Source of the DNA: Candidatus Heimdallarchaeota archaeon
GTDB taxonomy: Archaea > Asgardarchaeota > Heimdallarchaeia > Heimdallarchaeales > Kariarchaeaceae
DNA: 32,000 bases
Direction of reading: 5' to 3'
NCBI GenBank assembly: GCA_030149205.1
Contig: JASBSB010000006.1
Coordinates: 90,001-122,000 of the forward strand
The notes under the pieces were generated by a model. That model worked only from the letters and a program-made list of their open reading frames with translations. It ran no database searches and had not been told where the DNA came from. The position numbers and the translations under genes were made by a program. Below, piece by piece: positions 8,097 through 16,963 of the stretch (position 1 is the first letter of the stretch; each line of letters opens with the position of its first letter).

Positions 8097-8855
8097 ATGG
8101 ATACCGACATTCAAAGCAATGAAGATTTATCAGTCTCGATAGCAGGTCTGATGGATATAATTCATTCCGGAAATGACTTAATGATCAGACACGCGAGTGA
8201 AAGATATGACACTTTGAAAAAAGTTCTTAGCTCTATAAATTTAAATTCACCCCTTGGTGTAGAAGTCCTCAAGCTGGTCATGTCAGAATTGGTGAACCTT
8301 CAATCTGAGTTCAAGGGAAATCAACTCCAACATGAGATCGTTAGTGTCTTTTCTAGTAATTTTCAAGGGACAGATGTTGAAGACGTATTTGAAAAGTTCC
8401 CTCACCTGTTTGAAAGATTAGAAACTGGTGTTGCAATGGAGGAGGCTCTTGCAGAAGAGGTTTTGAGACAGGAACAGAATATTCAAAACAGAGATGAGTT
8501 AATCAGCATCCTTGAAGAAGATATAGCACTCATGGAAGTCGAGGTAGAGAGAACGATAACAGAGGTTCAATCACTGCATTTTCAGGGCGATGCATTTGAA
8601 AGGCAGATTGATGAGTTAGAGAGACTATTTATCAAAGACCCCAGATACCGAGTGGTTGCACTAATCAGTAAGTATCCTAAGGGATTAACATTTTCTCAAC
8701 TCAGCAACCGACTTAACCTTAAGCTTACTCACTGTATGAATGTGGTAATCTCTCTTGAGAAACAAAATCTATTGATTCGTGAAGGAAACCTTGTAAAACC
8801 CATTTTGGGAGAAAACGAAAGGAAAATCAGACGCAAGTTAATCGTTAACTACTGA
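8097..8855 (+). CDS. Uncharacterised coiled-coil protein with C-terminal winged helix-turn-helix
   Basis: Heptad-rich acidic helix at aa ~115-178, then DPRYRVVALISKYPKGLTFSQLSNRLNLKLTHCMNVVISLEKQNLLIREGNLV with a wHTH pattern. Confidence 0.65.
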   Translation: MDTDIQSNEDLSVSIAGLMDIIHSGNDLMIRHASERYDTLKKVLSSINLNSPLGVEVLKLVMSELVNLQSEFKGNQLQHEIVSVFSSNFQGTDVEDVFEKFPHLFERLETGVAMEEALAEEVLRQEQNIQNRDELISILEEDIALMEVEVERTITEVQSLHFQGDAFERQIDELERLFIKDPRYRVVALISKYPKGLTFSQLSNRLNLKLTHCMNVVISLEKQNLLIREGNLVKPILGENERKIRRKLIVNY

Positions 8856-8940
8856 GATGAAAAAGTAAATCAATACTAAATTTGTCTATAACACTGCTTT
8901 TAGAGTGCAATATTTTTATTTTGGGGTGTTCTAGTCACCT

Positions 8941-10071
8941 ATGGACTTTGAACTCTCTGAAGATGAGAAACTAATACTTGATGCTGTAAGATCAGTAGTC
9001 AATGATAAGGTTCGACCATTGTCAACAAAGGTTGACGATGAGAGCTACTTCCCTCATGAAAATATTGAGGCATTAGGAGAGTTAGGATTGTTTGGATCGA
9101 TACTTCATCAAGAATATGGTGGAGCAGATGCAAGTAGCCTGACTTATTCATTAATTCTGGAAGAAATTGCAAAAGCATGTGCTTCAACCAGTGTAATTAG
9201 CTCTGTAACAACCATGGTAGGATTAGCAATTCAGAGAGAGGGATCACCAGAACAGAAATCTAAATGGATTCCTAAGATAATAAACGGAGAGGTAATTGGT
9301 GCATTTTGTTTAACAGAGTCACAAGCTGGAAGTGACCCAAGTAACATGAAAACAAAAGCGAAAATTATTGGAGATACAATACATATCACAGGTCAAAAAT
9401 TATGGATAACAAATGCAAGTCATGCTGGAGTATTCTTAGTAATGGCTAAAGAAGACCCACATGGGATAAGCGCATTTTTAGTAGATTCAAAAAGCAAAGG
9501 GATCACTGTTAATTCACCTGAGAAAAAGATGGGGTTAAATGGTTCTCATACTTCTGCTGTTTATTTTGATGATGTTGAGATTCCACTTACAGAACGGCTT
9601 GGCAATCCAGGTCAAGGGTTAAGGATTGCTTTGAAAAGTCTAGACACTGGAAGAATCGGAATTGCCTCTCAGGCACTCGGAATTGGAGAAGCCGCCTTTG
9701 AAATCGCGAGAGAATACGCGAGGGACAGAGTACAATTTGGTAGACCCATTCATGAATTTCAAGCTGTTGGGTTCAGAATTGCGGAGATGAGAATGAAATT
9801 AGATGCCTCCAGACTATTAATTCAAAAAGCCTGTTGGATGAGAGACAAAGGACTTAATCATACGATGGAAAGTAGCATTGCAAAGGCATTTTCAACTGAA
9901 GCAGCAGAATGGGTCACCTCTGCCGCAATAAAAACACTTGGAGGTATGGGGTTTTCTAAAGAATTCCCCTTGGAACGGTATCACAGAGATATTCAAGCAA
10001 CATTGATTTACGAAGGAACCAATGATATACAACGATTGGTAATTAAAAGATCTATCTTTAGAGGAACCTAA
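8941..10071 (+). CDS. Acyl-CoA dehydrogenase
   Basis: MDFELSEDE, GAFCLTESQAGSD, GQKLWITNA, KMGLNGS, LDTGRIGIASQALG, RVQFGRPI, GGMGF, catalytic IYEGTNDIQR. Confidence 0.97.
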   Translation: MDFELSEDEKLILDAVRSVVNDKVRPLSTKVDDESYFPHENIEALGELGLFGSILHQEYGGADASSLTYSLILEEIAKACASTSVISSVTTMVGLAIQREGSPEQKSKWIPKIINGEVIGAFCLTESQAGSDPSNMKTKAKIIGDTIHITGQKLWITNASHAGVFLVMAKEDPHGISAFLVDSKSKGITVNSPEKKMGLNGSHTSAVYFDDVEIPLTERLGNPGQGLRIALKSLDTGRIGIASQALGIGEAAFEIAREYARDRVQFGRPIHEFQAVGFRIAEMRMKLDASRLLIQKACWMRDKGLNHTMESSIAKAFSTEAAEWVTSAAIKTLGGMGFSKEFPLERYHRDIQATLIYEGTNDIQRLVIKRSIFRGT

Positions 10072-10072
10072 G

Positions 10073-10106
10073 TACTTGATTTTATTGGGTTACTTGATTT
10101 TATTGG
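10073..10106 (+). repeat. Tandem duplication TACTTGATTTTATTGG x2 (18-nt period)
   Basis: Exact 16-mers at 10073-10088 and 10091-10106, immediately after the acyl-CoA dehydrogenase stop, in a convergent gap. Confidence 0.8.
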
Positions 10107-10171
10107 TTCTGTAGATCTACCAGAGCCATTCAGTTGGTTTAATGTTCAAATTCATGAGTTGGGAAGATGTA

Positions 10172-11530
10172 CTAGAACTGCAGAGTTGCATCAATAGATA
10201 GGATTCCAAGAATATTCTCATAACTACGGAAAGGATTTACAAAAACATAAGAATCAGACAGATCTAAATTATTTAAATAGGTTATAATAAAATTTTTCAA
10301 TTCGTCAGTTAGTTTAATCTCTCGGTGATAAAGAAGTTGCGTCAAACTCTCGTGAACTCCAAAAATGGATAACGACGGAATTTCAAGGAGTTTTATTGTT
10401 AATTTGTCTAACGAGAGGGACTCCTTATGTAATTCTTTCTCATTCCTCCACACATTAAGTAGAATTAACCTTTCCACCAAAAAGATAGGTACATTCAATG
10501 ACCCTGTTAAAGTAGAAAATACCTCTGGGATAATAAATTTCAACCCTTCAGGGAATCTATAAGCTAATGTGCTATCATAGAACAAAAGAAGGTTCCTTAA
10601 TGATTTACTTGTGAACTGTTGATTTATATTTGTAATTACAGAATCATTTGAGGTAAGTGACAAATTCCGGACATTTTCAAGCAGAAGAATAAGGATTTGG
10701 TTTATGAGATCTGCTCTTAGGTTCTCCACACCATCCACCTCAGGATAATTTTCACAATAATTTAGAATAACCACGAGCGTATCTATCTGTGAGAATTTGT
10801 AATAATATTTTAATTCACAGTCTTCACCAAAAATGAAATTGAAAATACCCGAGAAGAGGTCAAAAATTTTAGATAGGTTATCTTGAGAAACCCCCTCTCC
10901 AAATAGCTGAGGTAACAAATCTCTAATATTATTCAGTATTTCTAATATACGATTTTCAATTACAAAGTAAAATTTGCTGACACCCTCAACTGAATTAATT
11001 AACTTGTCTTGGTCATTGCAGAGAATTTTGGCATATGAACCCAAGGCTTGATTAAAATTGATGAGTGAACTATTAGGATCAGATTCTGAAATATTGATAA
11101 ATTCAGATGTTTTTTGTAATATGCTGTCCAATATCTTGATTGCCTCAAGCAATGAAAAAATACCTAAACTACCCTCTAATTTAAGCAGGGTTTGAACTAT
11201 TTTTGTGTACTCTTCCTTGCTATCTGTTTTCAAGAGTCTCGCTATAGCATAATAAATAAGTTTGTAATTGCTATTTTTAAATTTTTGATGAAAAATTTTG
11301 ATGATTTCATAGCTAGTTAACTCACAATGCAAGAACAATGAGTCATTGTCCTTTTTGTTGTATTGAAAAGGGTACTTTATTTCTTCTAAAACTGTCTCAG
11401 GTATAGATTCAACCCCCACTGTGAGGTCTGTGACTGAAGAGTCAATGGGAATTTCATTCTGAAATATATTCTTAAATATGCCATTCATAAATCGTCTCTG
11501 TTGTCTGGTTATTGACAGCTCATGTACCAT
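10172..11530 (-). CDS. Uncharacterised alpha-helical protein (possible solenoid); ORF-track start 11653, preferred start 11530
   Basis: Long open frame rich in L/I/F amphipathic helices with no recognisable motif. The ATG at 11530 has minus-strand TTATTATAA (11559-11551) about 20 nt upstream; the 11653 start would leave only 28 nt to the divergent ctaB start. Confidence 0.6.
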   Translation of the reverse strand: MVHELSITRQQRRFMNGIFKNIFQNEIPIDSSVTDLTVGVESIPETVLEEIKYPFQYNKKDNDSLFLHCELTSYEIIKIFHQKFKNSNYKLIYYAIARLLKTDSKEEYTKIVQTLLKLEGSLGIFSLLEAIKILDSILQKTSEFINISESDPNSSLINFNQALGSYAKILCNDQDKLINSVEGVSKFYFVIENRILEILNNIRDLLPQLFGEGVSQDNLSKIFDLFSGIFNFIFGEDCELKYYYKFSQIDTLVVILNYCENYPEVDGVENLRADLINQILILLLENVRNLSLTSNDSVITNINQQFTSKSLRNLLLFYDSTLAYRFPEGLKFIIPEVFSTLTGSLNVPIFLVERLILLNVWRNEKELHKESLSLDKLTIKLLEIPSLSIFGVHESLTQLLYHREIKLTDELKNFIITYLNNLDLSDSYVFVNPFRSYENILGILSIDATLQF

Positions 11531-11681
11531 AAATGTTAATCCACACTGACTTATAATAAGGGCTCGGGGGGAGAGGTCACCGAATGTATTCACCCATCTC
11601 AAATTTCTTCCCACTATTGAATTACTATATTTCATTGAACACTTAGCAATCATTCTTAAACCATAATTTTAAAAATCAGAT

Positions 11682-12626
11682 GTGGAGTACTCCAGCGTAG
11701 AACCGAGTTTTAGTTTTCAAAATTGGAAATATTATGTTGATATTATGAAGCCAAGAGTGGTGTTTTTACTTGTTCTGTCTGCTGTGGCGGGGTATTTCAC
11801 AGGTGCAACAGTCACTGGCTCAATTGACTGGTTTAAGGTGTTCTTAGTTATTTTTGCAGGATATCTCTCAAGTGGGGGAGCCAACGCTGTAAATTCATGG
11901 TTTGACAGAGATATTGATAAGATAATGTACAGGACAAAACAACGACCAATACCAGAACATAAGATCTCTGCAAACAGCGCTATTCTGTGGGCTATTATTT
12001 CAATAATATTGGGGGTTGGTCTGGCTTATTTCACTTTAAATCCCTTATCAGCCTTAATGATGTTAATAGGAGCAATATGGTACTCAATATTCTACACCAT
12101 GATTCTGAAAAGGAGAACCAGATGGAATATTATATGGGGAGGATTAGCAGGAACATTTCCTGTTTATGCAGGGTGGGCAGCTGCCACGAATTCACTTTCC
12201 TATTACTTTCCATGGTTAATAGGTTTAACCGTCTGGATTTGGATTCCTCTTCATTTCTGGGCCTTGGCAATCAGATTAAGAAAAGAGTATGAAGAGGTAA
12301 ATGTTCCGATGTTGCCAGTTGTAATTGGAGTAGAAAAGACAGTCCCATATATCGCTACAGCAGGTATTTTACTCTCTCTGGTTGTAACTTTATTGATATT
12401 TATTGAAACAACAAGCTTCTTATACCTTATCCTTGTCACGCCACTTACATTATGGATGTTAAAATACACCTTAAATGTGATCAGGCAACCAACAGAAGAA
12501 AATTCTTGGAGCTTGTTTAAGGTATCAAATATCTACCTCGTCTTGGTAGATTTTATTCTAATTCTTGATGCAATATTGTTCGTTCTTTTGAAAATCCCAG
12601 CTTTCGGTTATTTCAACATCATTTGA
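11682..12626 (+). CDS. ctaB: Protoheme IX farnesyltransferase (heme O synthase)
   Basis: MKPRVVFLLV, NSWFDRDIDKIMYRTKQRPIP, YTMILKRRT, GWAA, WIPLHFWALA, EYEEVNVPMLPV; multiple TM helices; upstream of cox genes. Confidence 0.95.
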   Translation: MEYSSVEPSFSFQNWKYYVDIMKPRVVFLLVLSAVAGYFTGATVTGSIDWFKVFLVIFAGYLSSGGANAVNSWFDRDIDKIMYRTKQRPIPEHKISANSAILWAIISIILGVGLAYFTLNPLSALMMLIGAIWYSIFYTMILKRRTRWNIIWGGLAGTFPVYAGWAAATNSLSYYFPWLIGLTVWIWIPLHFWALAIRLRKEYEEVNVPMLPVVIGVEKTVPYIATAGILLSLVVTLLIFIETTSFLYLILVTPLTLWMLKYTLNVIRQPTEENSWSLFKVSNIYLVLVDFILILDAILFVLLKIPAFGYFNII

Positions 12627-12826
12627 ATCACTATACCGATATAGAGAGTTAAACAACTACCCAATTTAATTTGGAAATTGCACAATATTTAGAGGGTTTC
12701 TAATTTTTTCAATTTTCAAATATTTTTATCATTAAGATTGTACAAATTTTACTAAAAAAATTAATAATAGAATTAATTACTATTAATTCAGTATATATTT
12801 TCTATTAGTACTTATTTATTTGAAAA

Positions 12827-13039
12827 TATGTCAATTAACGCAAATCGTCTATTGGATTTTTGTAATTTTTGACATACATTTTTTTACTTGTCTTAGTATA
12901 GTCCGATATTAGCCCATCTTGATTGGGTTATTATTAGATTTTTGAAAAATAGAACCCTGTGACAATCTTTGAATCTTACAATGTCAAAAGATTAGCTTAT
13001 AAGGGAGTATTTTTAACGACGACTAACAACAAAAGGTGA
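12827..13039 (+). promoter_or_regulatory. cox operon promoter region: TGTCA/TGACA inverted repeats, TATA box and SD
   Basis: TATGTCAA (12827-34) / TTGACATA (12869-76); TGACA-N17-TGTCA (12960-86); TTATAA (12997-13002); SD AGGTGA (13034-39) before the TTG at 13044. Confidence 0.55.
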
Positions 13040-13043
13040 AAAT

Positions 13044-13724
13044 TTGAAACAGAAAGTTATTAGCTTCATTTCAATCATGGGATTCCTTATCTCAATGACC
13101 ATCAAAAATGTAAGTGGTGCTCAAGATCCTTATTATAGGACCTTTCAGTATCTTTTCGATCTTCAACTTTGGATATCGATATTTTTATTGGTGGCATTAT
13201 TGATTACTTCATTTTATCTAATGATAAAATATAGGGCGAGTAATACGGAATCAAAACACGTGAAGAACAAATTTCATTCAAGTAATTTAGAGATTTTATG
13301 GACTGTACTTGCAACAATTCTTGCATTGTGGTTATTTTTCTTAACTATAGGTCCAGTTACAACATTTGCTAAAGCAAACAATAAACATGCAGATGTAATT
13401 GTAAAGGTCAGAGGATATCAATTTTACTGGAATATCACGGTTGGAGATCAACCTTGGGTCACAGGGGTAAATTTTACCACTGGTGCATATAACAAAATTG
13501 TTTTTGATCATACCAAGACCTATCTACTGGAGATTACAGCTGATGTGGCTGGTGTGATACATAGTTTCTATGTCCCGAAACTAGGGTTTAAAGCAGATGC
13601 AGTACCAGGACACACCAACTATGTTTATTTATCAAATCTAGTGCCTGGTGTTTATGATGTAACTTGCGCAGAATTTTGTGGTGCTGGTCATTACAACATG
13701 CCTGCGAGGATAACGGTGATTTAA
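13044..13724 (+). CDS. coxB: Cytochrome c oxidase subunit II (CuA)
   Basis: Signal-like N-terminus, two TM helices, GYQFYW, VIHSFYVP, CuA motif CAEFCGAGHYNM; no C-terminal cytochrome c domain. Confidence 0.95.
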   Translation: MKQKVISFISIMGFLISMTIKNVSGAQDPYYRTFQYLFDLQLWISIFLLVALLITSFYLMIKYRASNTESKHVKNKFHSSNLEILWTVLATILALWLFFLTIGPVTTFAKANNKHADVIVKVRGYQFYWNITVGDQPWVTGVNFTTGAYNKIVFDHTKTYLLEITADVAGVIHSFYVPKLGFKADAVPGHTNYVYLSNLVPGVYDVTCAEFCGAGHYNMPARITVI

Positions 13725-15260
13725 ATGGCGACACTCAAGAGACCTTCCTATTGGTTCATGGATTACCGCAAGCTATTTGGTACCATCGATCACAAACAGA
13801 TTGGAATGCTTTACATGGTGTTTGCTGCTGTAAATCTAACAGTCGCAGGCTATTACGCACTTCTAATTAGAACAGAACTATTCAATGTTGGATTGGACGG
13901 ATTTATATCTCCTGCAAATTATGGAAGTATTTTTACAATGCATGGAACGGCGATGATCTTCTTGGTCATTATGCCAATGGGTGCTGGATTTGGGAATTAT
14001 TTGATCCCACTGATGATTGGTGCAAAAGACTTGTATTGGCCGCGATGGAACAATATCGCATTTTGGATGCTTATTCCTGGAGCTAGTTTTGTTTGGATGA
14101 GTGAAGCACCAATAGGTTGGACCGCTTATCCCCCACTGTCAACCACTGTTGATTCTACAAATCTTTGGATCATAGGTTTAATAATTGTTGGTACATCATC
14201 TATAATAGGGGCAATAAACTTCTTTTTGACCATATTTAATTTAAGAAAACCTGGGTTGGGTATGATGGATCTGGATTTATTTTCATGGGCAATCTTATTT
14301 ACCTCCTTTATTCAGTTATTTGCAACTCCTATCATTACAACTGCCTTGGTTATGCTTCTATTTGAAAGAATTGCTGGAGCTCCATTTTTTACAATCACTT
14401 ATGGCTCATCATCACTTTTATGGCAGCACATCTTTTGGAGTTACAGTCACCCTGCTGTGTACATAATGATCCTTCCTGCAATGGGAATTATATCTGTGAT
14501 TATTGGAAGATTTTCTCAGAACCATATTTTTGGTAAGTCATCAATGATTTATTCAATGGGAGCTATTACTCTATTAGGTTTCATGGTTTGGGGACATCAC
14601 AATTTCACTGCTTCTCCAAATGCGGTTCCAAATTGGTTCTTTACATTCACAACCTTCCTTATTGCAATCCCTTCTGGGATTAAAACCTTTAATTGGATAC
14701 TTACAATGTATAAGGGATCTATTCACTTCGAACCACCTCTTCTGTTTGCTCTATCATTTATCTTAGGATTTATTTTAGGAGGGTTCTCAGGAGTAATTAT
14801 AAACACAATTCCTTTAGATTATTATTTTCATGACACCTACTTTGTAGTTGGGCATTTTCACTTCATCATAATTGGTGGAGGATTATCAGCTATAATCGGA
14901 GGAATCTACTTTATTTTCCCTGACGCTACAGGAAGAATGTATAACAAAAAAGCAGCTTACGTTCATTGGGCAATCTGGACAGTGGCCTTTATTGTAACTT
15001 TTGGAGGAATGAATGTGCTTGGGTACTTGAATCAACCAAGAAGATATGTGGATTATTCTGTGCTGTCAAACTATGCAGAGCTCGAATTCTGGCATCGTGT
15101 GACCACAATTGGTGCATATTTACAGGCACTGGCTTTTCTAATCGGATTCAGCAACCTGTTCTACAGTGCAATAAAGGGTCCTAAGGTTGGTGATAAACCT
15201 TATTCAATTGAAAATCCACAATTCTGGCCCTTAGAGACCAAGGAGGAATCTAGCCAATGA
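13725..15260 (+). CDS. coxA: Cytochrome c oxidase subunit I, type A2
   Basis: DHKQIG, FTMHG, D-channel GAKD, YSHPAVY (A2 YS motif), WGHH, K-channel PSGIK, HFH. Confidence 0.97.
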   Translation: MATLKRPSYWFMDYRKLFGTIDHKQIGMLYMVFAAVNLTVAGYYALLIRTELFNVGLDGFISPANYGSIFTMHGTAMIFLVIMPMGAGFGNYLIPLMIGAKDLYWPRWNNIAFWMLIPGASFVWMSEAPIGWTAYPPLSTTVDSTNLWIIGLIIVGTSSIIGAINFFLTIFNLRKPGLGMMDLDLFSWAILFTSFIQLFATPIITTALVMLLFERIAGAPFFTITYGSSSLLWQHIFWSYSHPAVYIMILPAMGIISVIIGRFSQNHIFGKSSMIYSMGAITLLGFMVWGHHNFTASPNAVPNWFFTFTTFLIAIPSGIKTFNWILTMYKGSIHFEPPLLFALSFILGFILGGFSGVIINTIPLDYYFHDTYFVVGHFHFIIIGGGLSAIIGGIYFIFPDATGRMYNKKAAYVHWAIWTVAFIVTFGGMNVLGYLNQPRRYVDYSVLSNYAELEFWHRVTTIGAYLQALAFLIGFSNLFYSAIKGPKVGDKPYSIENPQFWPLETKEESSQ

Positions 15261-16192
15261 ATGAAGATACTCAGGATCATTCAAATGAAGGTCATCATGA
15301 CCATATTAGTATGATGTCACCATTTATTGGACTATCATTTGGGTTAGTTGGGTTCTCTCTGCTATCCTTTGCACAAAATAACCTTGTTATGGGGTTAGGA
15401 ATGGCAGCTCTTTTTATAATCGTGCTAGCTGTGTTTGTAGTTCACGAAATTAGACAAAGAAAAGCAGCATGGGATGAAAGACAGATCGCATTAAAGGATC
15501 AAAGTCATTCTGCAACCTTCATGGGTAAGAAAATGTGGATGTGGATATTCCTAATATCTGAAGTTGTATTCTTCACCATTCTTATTGGGATTTCATTTTC
15601 ATTAAGACTTGTGAACGATCCATCTCTAGGGTTTCAAGATGTCGCTAGGTTCTGTGGTATACCGACCAACACAAAACTCTTCAATATTGGAGACTTTCCA
15701 AAAGGCTGGGTAGATTCAGAGGGTAAGACTCCAAGAGAGATATTGAACATCTGGGTGACCACAATTAATACCTTCATACTCATTGTTAGTAGCTATACCA
15801 TGGTAAAGGCTCATGAACAAGCAGAACATAAAAACTTCTTAGGACAGAAAGATGGAAAGGATCTTTTCTTTAAGCTGGGAGCTGGTAAACTTCTTTTGGT
15901 TACTGCAGCAATTGGTGCCATCTTTTTAGGAGTGCAAATTTATGAATACACCTTGCTGATCACCCGTGATCACTTCACACTTGGGTCAGGATTGTTTGGA
16001 GCCACATTTTATCTTCAGACTGGATTTCATGGTGCTCACGTTCTAGGTGGTATAATACTATTACTCTTGATGGCATACAAAACTTTCTCAAACGGAATGG
16101 AAGATGCCAGTGATATTGAGTTAGCAGGACTTTATTGGCACTTTATTGACGTGGTTTGGGTTATGCTCTTTACCATCGTCTATTTAATATAG
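15257..16192 (+). CDS. coxC: Cytochrome c oxidase subunit III
   Basis: MWMWIFLISEVVFF, NTFILIVSS, TGFHGAHVLGG, YWHFIDVVW; ATGA overlap with coxA. Confidence 0.95.
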   Translation: MNEDTQDHSNEGHHDHISMMSPFIGLSFGLVGFSLLSFAQNNLVMGLGMAALFIIVLAVFVVHEIRQRKAAWDERQIALKDQSHSATFMGKKMWMWIFLISEVVFFTILIGISFSLRLVNDPSLGFQDVARFCGIPTNTKLFNIGDFPKGWVDSEGKTPREILNIWVTTINTFILIVSSYTMVKAHEQAEHKNFLGQKDGKDLFFKLGAGKLLLVTAAIGAIFLGVQIYEYTLLITRDHFTLGSGLFGATFYLQTGFHGAHVLGGIILLLLMAYKTFSNGMEDASDIELAGLYWHFIDVVWVMLFTIVYLI

Positions 16193-16205
16193 GAGGAATT
16201 ACAAA

Positions 16206-16511
16206 ATGGCAACAGAAGTTTCAACAAACGTTCAACACGAACATCCACCAAGACCATATTTTAAGATTTTAATAATCTTAGCAGTTATTACTGCAATTGA
16301 AGTAACTACAAGTGAATTAGGGATTCCTGCATATGGAGCAGCAATCATAGCCTGGTTATTGATTGTAATGGCTTTAATTAAAGCAGTAACAATTATTGCT
16401 TTCTACATGCACATAAAGTATGAAAAGAGCCCACTTAAGGTGTTTTCAATCACCTTTGTAATTCCATTCCTGATGAGTTTCCTCGTGGCTTTCTTCCCAC
16501 TAGTTGGTTAA
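16206..16511 (+). CDS. coxD: Cytochrome c oxidase subunit IV (prokaryotic CtaF type)
   Basis: Three TM helices; LAVITAIEV and LIKAVTIIAFYMHIKYE; SD AGGAGG at 16191-16196. Confidence 0.85.
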   Translation: MATEVSTNVQHEHPPRPYFKILIILAVITAIEVTTSELGIPAYGAAIIAWLLIVMALIKAVTIIAFYMHIKYEKSPLKVFSITFVIPFLMSFLVAFFPLVG

Positions 16512-16555
16512 TTAGGGAAAAATAACTTTATATTTCTTACTTATTAATTTTTATT

Positions 16556-16879
16556 ATGAACACTGATAAATTAAACTCAGATTTTTTTATGAATAAATTA
16601 TTTGAAAGTGCACTAAAGGACAAGAAGATAACAAAGGAAGAGGATCTCCTCCTTAGATCTATAAAACTGAATCTTGACAATTACCTCAATTATCTTGATG
16701 AAGCTCTCTCTGATGGGATAATAAGTGTGTCAGAACATACTAAGCTTTTGGACCTTCAGAATATGATTTTCCAGGAGGCCGAAACCACAGCAAGAATAGA
16801 TCAAATTATTTCTGAGGATGAAGAATTGCTCTTGAATACCCTAAAAGGAGTTTTATTGAATCAAGACAATTACGAATAA
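16556..16879 (+). CDS. Small acidic protein with three TerB-like A-x-x-D-x-x-I-x-x-x-E-x-x-x-L repeats
   Basis: ALKDKKITKEEDLLL, ALSDGIISVSEHTKL, ARIDQIISEDEELLL at ~31-aa spacing; TTTATATT about 25 nt upstream of the ATG. Confidence 0.6.
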   Translation: MNTDKLNSDFFMNKLFESALKDKKITKEEDLLLRSIKLNLDNYLNYLDEALSDGIISVSEHTKLLDLQNMIFQEAETTARIDQIISEDEELLLNTLKGVLLNQDNYE

Positions 16880-16963
16880 AATTTGTAATAGGAAAAATTT
16901 GATTTTTTAACTAATTTATTCATTACTGCATAAGCTTAAATTTACTCAAACAGATATATTAGT

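Noticed and set aside
8097-8855. ESCRT-III/CdvB call
   Set aside because: Architecture is only analogous; no basic N-terminal Snf7 hairpin recognisable.
11560-11610. GC-rich patch starting GGGCTCGGGGG, superficially tRNA-like
   Set aside because: No cloverleaf, no TTCGA T-loop, only weak pairing.
12627-13043. Hidden small gene or CRISPR array in the 417-nt gap
   Set aside because: Only a very short ORF was noticed (14 codons at 12828) and no regularly spaced repeats.
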